Source: Ylistrum balloti
Lineage: Eukaryota
Direction of reading: 5' to 3'
DNA length: 64,000 nucleotides
NCBI RefSeq assembly: GCF_031769215.1
Contig: NW_026782059.1
Coordinates: 372,001-436,000, forward strand
Below are positions 1-11,700 of this stretch, one piece after another. A program made the position numbers and the translations under genes. Numbering within the stretch: position 1 is the first letter of the stretch; every line of letters starts with the position of its first letter. The notes under the pieces are model-generated. The model was not told the DNA's origin. It did not search any database and was given only the letters and a program-made list of their open reading frames with translations.

Positions 1-283
1 TTAGGTTATATCCTTTTTTTATCTTAATTTTTTTTTTATTTTCTACTCCAATGCACGTAAACTTCAATAACATTGCTTATGTTCCTCAATTGGTTTACAT
101 TTCTAAATATATACCTACATATCATTTATTGTATACATTATCATACGTTTTATTTGTAAATTTCCTCGTTATTTTTCAATGAAGAATCCTAGTAATTTAG
201 GTTCTGGTTATTTAAAATTCATTTTGTATCATGTTATATTCGATAAAAATTATTTCATATAAGACGTCTTGTTTTGTTCACAG

Positions 284-3200
284 CACCAACAACTTCAACT
301 GAGAATCCACGAAGTAAGTACATATATAGTGAGAATAGGTACAAATCCACTAATGTAGATTTATAGAAGTCATCGGGCGGTATGTATAACATTGGTTGAT
401 GTTTGTGACGTTAAAACTAATATATATAATGTACCAATATTGCCATCTCACAGCGTAGAAGGCGGGTTGAGAATGTTCCAATTAATTTAATTTCATCCAA
501 TTTCTTATCCTAGCATACCATTCAACATAAAGTGATTATCTGTACAGTTTTCCGTATTATATCTGTTCCATTCATGGTCACAAAAAGGATTTTTTTCCAT
601 ATATAATTTTTAACATTTATCGAGTAAAATGAAAACCCAGCATTGGTCAAAGTTCCATGGAAATTTACACTACATGTTTCTAGGTAACCATTTCAAAATA
701 TTTTCGTTAATAAAACACTGTCTTCTCTTGCTATTCAGCAACTGCCCCGATCACAGCGCCCACTGTTCCAAGTCTACCAATCCGTAAGTATACCTAATAT
801 TCGGATTTTACTGGTTCGGGTGTAATCATAAGATTTAGCTTAATTGTTTATCGTTATCAACCAGAATAGGAGGCTGTGTTTTAAGGCAGACAATATGAAG
901 GATGTATGCATTGCCGTATGTAGATAACATATTGAATCTGTTCGACGTTGCATTCGTTAAGCATTCGTTTGTCGTCGTCTCATCAACAATGATGTTCTCT
1001 TTTGTTTTAATACATGTTTTTATACATCAATAGAAGTGTAAGCGTAAAATACCAATAACAAATGTGTGTATATTTGCTATATACTGTATAACGTCCCAAA
1101 CATTCCAGATCATTTCAACTGTTTTATAGAAAAGGTTAAAAACATGTCTTAGTTTTCTGCTTCGGTATACTGTAATGTCAACACTCCCTTTACTACAGAA
1201 ATAATTTGTTTTTATTGTTTTGATCTACACTAAAACGAATTTCGAATTTCAAATTTACGTTAACCATTCTGACTTAAAAGGCTCCATTTTTAAAAGAAAC
1301 ATACGACAAATGGCAAGAAAAACTCGTTAAATTACAATATTATATATACATGTATATATATATATTAGAAAATGTAATAATGATAATGCTATAGTATGAT
1401 TAATACTTGTTTTCAGATTGTGCTTACAAGAAAGTCGATATAATGTTCCTGCTCGATACATCAAACAGTGAAGGTCCCACCAACTTTGCCATCCAGAAGA
1501 ACTTTGTTTACAATGTAGCACAGAACTTCGATATTGGACAGGATATGGTCCGAGTCGGTCTTGTTACGTTTGCTTCTAATGTTTTCAACCAGTTCAATCT
1601 CTCCACCTATGACAATAGAGCTGAGGTCCTAGAGGCTATCTCTAAGGTAGGTCAACAGTTGATAAAGAGAAAGGAGCCTTTCTTAAAACAAATATTTTCC
1701 CAATCATTACACTTTTCATTAAATAGCTTGTTAAGTGCGTTATATAAAAAAATCTTTTGATCATAAAATATATGACACTGATTGTCACTTTCTTAAGCAA
1801 CAAACAGAGTTCATGCGTCCGCAGCGAGATGATTAATGATCAATAACAAAAATAACGTAAAACAATATTAGTGAACAATATACACAGTAAAATCCTATCT
1901 TTTCTTCTTCTTTAAAACATTGTTCTCTTTTGACTTTTCCGTGGATTAAGAAATCCACATGTCCTGAAATTCATGTCATTTTTTGTCAATCTCATTTTTT
2001 GGTGGACTGGCGGATTTAGGTGACAGGAAAAATTAAAACCCCAATTTCATTTATGAAGATTGTGTAACATGTTTGGATTTTCTTCTAGTTCAGAATAGAG
2101 CCTTGTAAAGCACGTGTACAATGTACAACATCACACATAACAATTGACAAAACAGCACTTACATCACAAAATTGATAATATGATGATAAAATTTATTGGA
2201 GTAAAAGCATAGCTTTAATGAAACACTATATTGCAGACAGTATCCTTACACATTTTTTGCACTATGTTCTTGTATTTAAAAATGGGGCCGCGGTGTCTGA
2301 TAGTCTCTATTAATAGCCCTCCATCTCTGGGTCGCGGGTTCGAGACCTACGTGAGATAGTCGCCAGGTAGTGGTCAGTCCGGGAACTCGGGAATCCGACC
2401 TTCCTCTACCACCTAAAACTGGCACGTCCTTAAATGACCCTGGCTGTTAATAGGACGTAACGCTATAATAATCAAATCTCGAACAGATTTTTTTTTTTTT
2501 TTTCAAAAAATAAAATCTTATATCGTTCGTAACTCTTCCGTAAGATAATTCCACGAAGAAAAAAAGTAATGTCTAGAATATTTCATCCATTACATAGGTT
2601 CCGTTTACTCCTGGAAATACTATCACAGAGGCAGCACTTAAATTTGTACGTGAGGAGAGTTTCACACCTGAGGCTGGAGATCGACCTGATGTTGGCAATG
2701 TCCTTGTTGTATTGACCGATGGTCAGTCCACGGACGAGAATGAGACTATAGCCGAGGCTGCGGCTCTCCACAACACCAGCACCAAGGTCATCTCCATTGG
2801 AATCGGGGCTGGAGTCGACGCTTCCGAAATTAACGCAATCGCTTCCGATCCTAAACTGGCTTACACTGTTGCAGATTTTAACGCCCTGAAGGAAATCCAA
2901 ATCGAGGTTGAGAAGTCTGCTTGTGTTGACGCAGGTATGTAATGGTTCCAACTCGTTCGTACAGGATTTACAGAAAAGACGATAACCGCACAGGCATAGC
3001 AATAATGAAAGCACTGTTATTGTTGTATATTCTGTGGAAATACATAGTTTTCCGTATCTATTAACACATGTTGTTAATCTCTAAACTCATAGATCCCCGT
3101 GTCAGTCTTACTTTCGTTAATATTTTTTTCTAGTCTTAACAGGTTTTGAGAAAGATTTTCATTTTACACAAAATGATCTGATATTTCAAATCATGTATCT

Positions 3201-3925
3201 ACGTGAGAATGTTCATAGGGGACTACATATATCAGAGCAGCAAGCATGCTCCAAGAGGTAACCAGGGTGAATTTGACAACTGTTCAGTGTTATTGGCTCG
3301 TTAATAGGTGTATTCATCACTATTCATGTTGTGCAAATTTTAGTTTTATAATTAACACGGGGATTTGGCAAGGCCCTTGAATATTAGTCTTGCCGTTTTG
3401 AATTAATTAAATTCAATTAAATTCTGAAGTTAAATGGTCAGAATCCAAATAACGGAAAAAATATGAAAATTTTCACTGCGCATTATTATCATTAACTACA
3501 TACCAAATATACATGTAAATGTATTCGTATAAATACAACCGAACCTCGTTATCTCGAATTCAGCGGGGACATGGGAAAACTTCAAGATAATCGGATATTT
3601 AAGTGAGTTTGGATATTTTGTGTAAAGTTAGGCTGGGCCCGACGAAAAAGTTTAAATGTCGAGATAACGAAGTTTGACTGTATGAAGAAATGAAATTGTG
3701 ATGAAAGAATGGAATGACGGACCTTAATAACACTGTAAGCCTACCAGCGTGAAATGGAGGGACTGTAGTGAGTGAGATAGTAAAAAATTATTTGTTATCA
3801 TTTCAGTTGTTTGTGAGGACTTGGAAGACTGTGAGAGTATGGGACCAGCTATCTGTATGAGATTTGACGGCTGGGCACGAAAGAACTGTGCTAAATATTG
3901 TGGATATTGTCAAAAACCGCAATAA
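284..3925 (+). CDS. 5'-partial gene: Thr/Pro-rich linker + von Willebrand factor A domain + C-terminal ShKT domain; coding exons 284-313, 739-783, 1417-1646, 2598-2934, 3807-3925
   Basis: All introns are GT-AG and phases join in frame (1,1,0,1). The VWA domain has a full MIDAS (DIMFLLDTSNS ... GNTITEAAL ... VLTDG). The last exon reads CEDLEDCESMGPAICMRFDGWARKNCAKYCGYC-QKPQ*, the six-Cys ShKT spacing. The gene start is upstream of the window. Confidence 0.87.
2284..2475 (+). mobile_element. tRNA-derived SINE copy
   Basis: GGGGCCGCGGTG head, B-box GGGTTCGAGACC at about 2336-2347, a central CCGGGAACTCGG...CCTTCCTCTACCACC segment and an A-rich tail; lies in a VWA-gene intron. Confidence 0.65.
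3536..3680. mobile_element. 145-bp Tc1/mariner-pogo-type MITE
   Basis: Imperfect TIRs CAACCGAACCTCGTTATCTCGA and TCGAGATAACGAAGTTTGACTG, flanked by TA on both sides; a same-length relative lies at 20800-20944. Confidence 0.75.
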
Positions 3926-4770
3926 AATTCAGGTAAGTGTTTCATACGTTTTCTATTAAATAACTCATTTTCGTGCAGACGGACTTGAATGGTTTCGAGG
4001 ATCACGGAAGTAGAACCTTTCAAAAACACGTTTAACATTACTTTGCTACCCCTGAATTTCTTTAGTCACGTAAAAAAACGTCCTGAACGAGATTTTGATT
4101 TTAATTACAGATACAACAATAACGCAAATTTGAATTATTCATATCAGAGAATAGAACGATACATTTCGCATCAAACAACATATTGGTATTTCTTACAGAC
4201 TACGTCTAATCTATTTGTAAAGAAAAAATCTAATTTTCACGGAATTTCTTACAATTCGTTTTCTTTGTATTTCAGATATTCTAGACGAATTTTTAAGACC
4301 ATTCCATCACTGTCTAGTTATTTTCTTCATCTTGTTTCACACGGAATGGTAGCATCACCTGTTTCGAATATTCCTTGTAGCCTTATCAAATAAACCATAC
4401 ACAAGTAACCATGACAACGTCTATTTTTCTTCTTTTTCCCTTGTGTCTTGTTTACGTCATAAGTAAAGGAAGAGCAGACCTAACTTCATATATGAAGCAT
4501 ACCTACAAGTAAATCAGCCTGGAGACGACGAGAGTGAAGGACTATAAAGACAACCTCAACATTCCTCACAACTTTGATAATAAACAAGATTATAAAGGTC
4601 ATCTGACTACAAAAACTTTCAGCAGGAAGAAGGGTTAGTTTGTCTAATATACATGGAACAAAAAAGATCTGAAAAATTATATCATGACTGAAACTTCATG
4701 GATAAATATTTATTCAATATTTCTTTTTCTATACTTCGTCTATGTGATCTTAAATTTACAAACTAAATAC

Positions 4771-5640
4771 TATCAGGAGAAATAAGTCACATACTGTAAG
4801 GGTAGAATAATTCTAACAGTATCAGGGGAAATAAGTCACATACTGTAAGGGTAGAATAATTCTAATAGTATCAGGGGAACTAAGTCACATACTGTAAGGG
4901 TAGAATAATTCTAATAGTATCAGGGGAACTAAGTCACATACTGTAATGGTAGAATAATTCTAACAGTATCAGGGGAACTAAGTCACATACTGTAATGGCA
5001 GAATAAGTCTAATATCACCAGGAGAAATAAGTCACATACTGTAAGGGTAAAATAATTCTAATAGTATCAGGGGAAATAAGTCACATACTGTAAGGGTAGA
5101 ATAATTCTAATATCACCAGGAGAAATAAGTCACATACTGTAAGGGTAGAATAATTCTAATAGTATCAGGGGAAATAAGTCACATACTGTAAGGGTAAAAT
5201 AAGTCTAATGGTATCAAGAGAAATAAGTCACATACTGTAAGGGTAGAATAATTCTAATAGTATCAGGGGAAATAAGTCACATACTGTAAGGGTAAAATAA
5301 TTCTAATAGTATCAGGGGAAATAAGTCACATACTGTAAGGGTAGAATAATTCTAATAGTATCAGGGGAAATAAGTCACATACTGTAAGGGTAGAATAATT
5401 CTAATAGTATCAGGGGAAATAAGTCACATACTGTAAGGGTAGAATAATTCTAATAGTATCAGGGGAAATAAGTCACATACTGTAAGGGTAGAATAATTCT
5501 AATAGTATCAGGAGAAATAAGTCACATACTGTAAGGGTACAATAATTCTAATAGTATCAGGGGAAATATACTTAATACTATGAGGGGTAAATAAGCCTAA
5601 TAATACCAAGGGAAAATAAGCCTAATATTATCAAGGGAAG
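4771..5640. repeat. 49-bp tandem repeat, about 16 copies plus a degenerate tail
   Basis: Unit TATCAGGGGAAATAAGTCACATACTGTAAGGGTAGAATAATTCTAATAG recurs at 4771, 4820 and onward. Confidence 0.95.
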
Positions 5641-7870
5641 GAAACCCTCATTCTACAGTGTCCCTGTCCTTTGATTATTCAGAGGATTACAGCAGATCCT
5701 GGGCGCTCTCTGATGTTTTCAAAGCAGAAATCATCAGAGAAACCAACTCCGACATACATGCAGGTTATAATATTCTAGTCTTTACTGAAACAAGTGTCTC
5801 TATTGGCTGTTTCTATCTAATCATATTGTTTTGCAATTAAGTTTGAAATATATGTAAGGTTGCAAAAAATTACCTAGATCCCTATTAAGTTCAATGAGAA
5901 AATTGGGTCTTCTGATTAATTAAAACATCTGAAACTGCAAATTGAAATGACCTTGTTCTCATGTTCAAGGTCATGCCTATGAGGCCAATATTGCAAACAT
6001 GCTTTCAAAGAACTTCCTCTCATTAATGGAAATCCTGATTGGTGAGTTGTAGTTAAGGACAACTGCTCTGTAAATGTTCCTGACTACAAGTCTAACCTGA
6101 GTAGGAAAAAAAGGAAATAACAATCTATATTCGAGGTCAAGGTTAAATTTATTAACAAAATCCAACAGCATCTTCTTATAAACCTAAAAGCATAGATTAA
6201 TATTTGTTGTCTGTGGCTTATCAGCATTGAATGATGCAATGTTTGCGAAATCACATAACATTGAACCATATACAAAGTCAGTGGAAATCTCTTTTTTAAT
6301 TAGTTAAATAATCTAGATAACTTACATAAGAAAGTGATAAAGTTTGGCAACATTGTTTAAAAGTTTGTTAAATCTAGAAAAACATTCAAATAAATTATGT
6401 AAAAAAACATTGACATTCAGGTGAGAGATGCATGGCAATTACATCTCTTGTATTTGTCATATTGAATATTACAAAACAATTCCATTTACTCAGTTTTGTG
6501 AAATTATGAATTAAATTTTGTATCAAAATCAGAAAGATTCTGAGTCATATTGTGATGAGTTTAATAACTCTCATATCTCCCAATAACATGTAAATATCTT
6601 TTCAAATTTTGTAGAAAATGTTGCATGTCCTATTGGAATTCTTCATGGTCTATATCCATTGTCTCCATGGTTACACTGTACATCCGAGTATGAGCTACAA
6701 AGATCTGATGTCATTTCTTTATCATTCTATAACATGTGACAACAATGCTGTGAAATTATTAATTTTTGTGGTATTTTTATTTTCCTTGATTTCATGGCTA
6801 TCCCAAATGCTCAAATTTTATGTTCACAAAGTCCTGAAATTAGTATAAGTAGATATATTGAACTATATTTACCCACAAAATCAATTGTCCATGAAATAGT
6901 ATTTTTTTCAAACCATGAAAATAGAGCCCAACAAAAATTGATAATTTCACAGTAGATAATATCATGTGAGTTCATATGCAAAAAGTATGACACAGATGAC
7001 AGATTAGCAGCATAATAGTTTAAACAAGGTGATTTACAAATTTAGAACCAGTTTCATGGATTTTTCATAGTAGAATTGGTCACTTTACAAGTTACATGAC
7101 AAAATAACAATGGCCACCTGCCAACAGAAGTAGACATTTCTAGAAAAAGGCCTTTTCTAATTTACCCCATCAATAAAGATTGACAACAAACAAGATTATT
7201 TTCAATTAATACCGATCAAACGCTATAAATACTGTTTTGAGCAATTAGTAGTATGTAATTTACAATACACATTCACACAATCACAGGGGCCTGACATATC
7301 TATGAAATAATCACAAAGGGCTTGATTGTCATAAAAGATACTTTCTTTCTAAAAAGTGTCTAAAATAAAGATGGATTTTGTTCTATTCAGAGAACAGTTA
7401 GGAGAGGAGAAAAAGTAGCAGATGATGAGTCCACAGCAGAAATCTAACGACTCCTTCAACTTTGACAAAAATTAATACATATATGTACATGGGACAATCC
7501 GATATAACTGATAATTTCAAATTTTAGCAAAAGTAAGGAATGAAATCTGTATGATATTGTTACATTGTAAATCTAAAATAAAATGTCATTTGGGAATACA
7601 TTCCTATATGCAAAATCTAGCTTAATCATTTTGGTTTAATTCCGAGTAATCAGAAATATTCTGAATAAACAAAAATGTTTGTAACAAAGACGATAATTCC
7701 TTTATATAAAATCCTGAAACATCACTCAGCTGATTAAACATAAAGATATATATTGAAAAAACCTTCTGTTTATAATCAATAAATCAATACCTAATCATGG
7801 ATTTCTAGCAAATGTTCAAGTTCTTTACATAGAACTGATAAATATAACAAAATATAACAACTTGCTACAT

Positions 7871-8700
7871 CCAGTATTACTATATACCACCCTGGCATAT
7901 GAAATTACAGGGAGTGCCATGTCATATCTCCAGTATTACTATATACCACCCTGGCATATGAAATTACAGGGAGTGCCATGTCATATCTCCAGTACTACTA
8001 TATACCACCCTGGCATATGAAATTACAGGGAGGGCCATGTCAGATCACCAGTATTTCTATATACCACACTGATATATAAAACTTCAGGGAGTGCCATGTC
8101 AGATCTCCAGTATTACTATATACCAAACTGATATATAAAACTTAAGGGAGTGCCATGTCAGATCTCCTGTGTTACATTATCCTGTCTAGGTACATAAAAC
8201 TGCAGGGAGTGCCATGTCAGGTCTCCTGTGTCACTACATACCACCTTGTTACATAAAACTACAGGGAGTGCCATGTCAGGTCTCCTGTCACTACATACCA
8301 CCTTGGTACATAAAACTACAGGGAGTGCCATGTCAGGTCTCCTGTGTCACTACATACCACCTTGGTACATAAAACTACAGGGAGTGCCATGTCAGGTCTC
8401 CTGTGTCACTACATACCACCTTGGTACATAAAACTACAGGGAGTGCCATGTCAGGTCTCCTGTCACTACATACCACCTTGTTACATAAAACTACAGGGAG
8501 TGCCATGTCAGGTCTCCTGTGTCACTACATACCACCTTGGTACATAAAACTACAGGGAGTGCCATGTCAGGTCTCCTGTGTCACTACATACTACCTTGTT
8601 ACATAAAACTACAGGGAGTGCCATGTCAGGTCTCCTGTCATTTCATACCACCTTGGTACATAAAACTACAGGGAGTGCCATGTCAGGTCCCCAGTGTTAC
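7871..8700. repeat. 57-59 bp tandem repeat, 14 copies; the last copy is the zinc-finger CDS end and stop codon
   Basis: The core CAGGGAGTGCCATGTCA was counted 14 times (two copies with a single substitution); on the minus strand it reads ...LTWHSL*. Confidence 0.95.
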
Positions 8701-11700
8701 TATAAACTCCCATATGAACCATGGTAGCTTCCTGCATTAGAGATACAGCACTGATGTTCTCTGTATTCATGGGTGGTAAGTTAGCTGTTAGGTTACTGTC
8801 AAGTGGTAGTGATGTGGTCACCATCTCATATGATTCTGATACTGGAGGGACCAGCTGGTTGTGTGTGACAGGAGGCAGAGTGTCTGTTTGAGTGATGACT
8901 GTTACAATGTTGTCAACTGCAGGCACAATAGAGTCTTGTAGTGCTGTCTGTACCGTTACATTATCTAACATAGGTACTCGTGCCTTGTTATTGTGTGACA
9001 CCATGTGCTTCTTCAAGTCTCTGTTAAACATGAAACCCTTGCCACAAATTTGACATTTTTTAGACCGGTCTCCATTGTGATTTCTGATGTGTGAACGCAG
9101 ATTGCTCTTATCTGCGAAAGTTTTCTCACAAATTTCACAACTATATGGTTTCTCCCCAGTATGAGTACGCATGTGTCGTTCGTGGTCCTGTTTCTCCCCG
9201 AACATCTTATTACACACCTCACACACATGCACCGACCATTTGTAGGATGCAACATCCTCAGGTTTAAGGTGGAATGACACGTAGTGAGAATTAAGGGCAC
9301 CAGAGGACTTACAACCTTGTCCACACACGTTGCACACATGTGTCGGTTCACTGGAATGTGTGTGCTGGTGAGTTATAAGACATGATTGTTGACGGAATGT
9401 TTTACCACATGTGTGGCACATAAACTTCTTAAATTCACTATGAAGAGCCATGTGATTCCTAAGTACATCCTGGCTACGGAAAGCCATCTCGCAGACCTTA
9501 CATTTATGTGGTCGCTCACCGGTGTGGATGTAACGGTGTTCCTTCAGTTGCTGTTGTGTACGGTATGCCTTGCCACAAACTTCACAAATGAATTCTTTTC
9601 TCTGAGTATGAACTAACATATGAGTATCAAGATTCCGTTTCTCTGTACATCCTTTACCACAAACGGTACAGATATACGGTTTCACATCAAGGTGGTTCTT
9701 TGCATGCCTGCGTAAACTTTCTATAGAGTTGAACTGCTTCAAGCAAGTTTTGCATGTGAATTTACCTGATGTGTCATGAAGCTGTCGGTGCTTGTAAAGA
9801 GACAAGGATCTCAGGAATATTTTTCCACACAAGTCACAGGCATAAGGAGACTTTCCAGAAATGGCATGAATCTTCTTGTGCTCTTTCAAAAACTGTTGAG
9901 ATTTAAAATCTAATTTGCATACTTTACACTCAAATTTGCGTTTTTTCTTTTCATCTGAGTTCACCTGGTCTGTTTCTTCGTCATCTGCAGCAACTGTGTC
10001 CTCACAATTTCGATTGCTTAATTCAGAGCTGGTTTCCTCTTCAATATTTTTTGCATTAAATGAATTCTCATTGCTGCCATTGTTGGGTTCTGATACAGAC
10101 TCTACTTTACTACCTGTATCTGTTTCTGAGCTAGCTATTTTAAAAACATCATCTTTATCTGTTTCAGTTAGGGAACTTGTTTCCTTTACACGTAATTCTT
10201 CGACTGATACTGACTTACATGTAGCCATCTCCATGAGACTTCCCATTTTCTGTATCTGACTTTCATTGTCCTGTTCATGTCTTGCTTCATGTCGCATTAA
10301 TGTGTGATAAGTACCCAAGACTCCCCCACAGAACCTACACTCAAATTTATTCTTCCCGTACTTACTCAGTCCTTTGTCCCCATGTGAAAATATTTTGTGC
10401 ATTCTTCTGCCACTGCGGGATTTAAACAACTTTTCACAAATTTCACACTTGTATTGTTTATTGTCATCTGCTTGGTGAGACAACATGTGTTTTTGTAGAT
10501 CTTCTGTCTTACTAAACGTCACTTCACAGACAGTACACTTGCTAATGTTACCATCTACATCCATGTGACTCTTCATATGCCGTTGATATGACACCTGTGT
10601 TTTGAAATGCAAAAAACACACCTGACATTCCAAGTCTAGTTTTCCTGATTTGTTGTTGCCATGAGTGAGCTTACCTTTCTGAAGTTGTACTTGAGAGGTG
10701 AACTTTAAGTCACCATCCTGACTGTTAAACTGATCAGACATAGTTTCCTCTTTGTTGTCACTATTTGATTCTGTTGCGTCCATGCCAACACTCTTGTGGT
10801 TTTTCTTTTGGTGTTCAATAAGTTTATTCATTTTTAAAAACACTAGCGGACATCTATTGCAAGGATACTTCAGCACATCAAAGCAATGAACAAAAATATG
10901 AGAATTCACACCTTCAGACTCTGCAAACTGACCACAGACTGGACATTTTTTGCTATCCATTGTCCAAGAAATTTTCTTTGAGTTACTTCTGCTTTTGTTT
11001 TCAAGCTGATGATCAGATAAAACATGTTTAACAAAACTGTCCTGGTTTGTGGAGAAATTACCACAAGCAGGACACTCAATGCATGTATCGTCTCCATCCT
11101 TGATATTCTCTCCATCCTCGACACTGTCAATGTCTAGACAAGATCTATCAGGGACAACCCTTTTCCTACTATGTCTACCGGCATGTCTCGTCCTATTACC
11201 AACCTTAGGGTTCTTGGCTCCAGCAATTCGTCTTGATCTTCTGATATTATTCCCCGTTTCGTCTCCATTGTCTACTTTCTTTGTTTTATCACAGGCTTCC
11301 TTCTGCTTTTCCGTCCTTCTACCATTTTGCACTTTGTTGGATTTTACTTTAGATGGCTTCTCACTCTCTGATTTCCTTTTGTTGTCTTTAGTTGTATTTA
11401 TATTCTGTTTTCCTTTTTCATCTAACTGATTTTCTTCGTCACTCTTACTGCCGACTTTCACATCCCCAACAGGAGAATTATTCAAATTAAGACTGACCAC
11501 AACATCACCAGCAATTTCTGTTTTGTTATCTGGTATTCTGCCTGTTGGAAGTTCTTCACTTGTTTTGTCAAGATCATTGTCATCTCCAGGTTTGAAATCC
11601 TTGTCATTGAGATGCTTGACTACAGGGTCCGAGTTGTGATAGTGATCTTCATTATCAACTTTATCAAGATATTTATTCTCAGTGTTGTAGGTATCATCAG

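Noticed and set aside
2583-3014. 143 aa minus-strand ORF, and similar antisense ORFs at 9915-10259, 11049-11429 and 55207-55530
   Set aside because: Shadow ORFs opposite genuine coding exons.
5682-5740. Two adjacent hairpins (13 of 14 bp stem at 5707-5740) as snoRNA, SECIS or miRNA
   Set aside because: No H/ACA or terminal C/D boxes, no SECIS apical AA, and the stem is too short for a pre-miRNA; cannot be supported without covariation data.
8228-8740. Four overlapping plus-strand ORFs (MSLHTTL...)
   Set aside because: They are translations of the 57-59 bp repeat, antisense to the ZnF gene end, and start at non-ATG codons.
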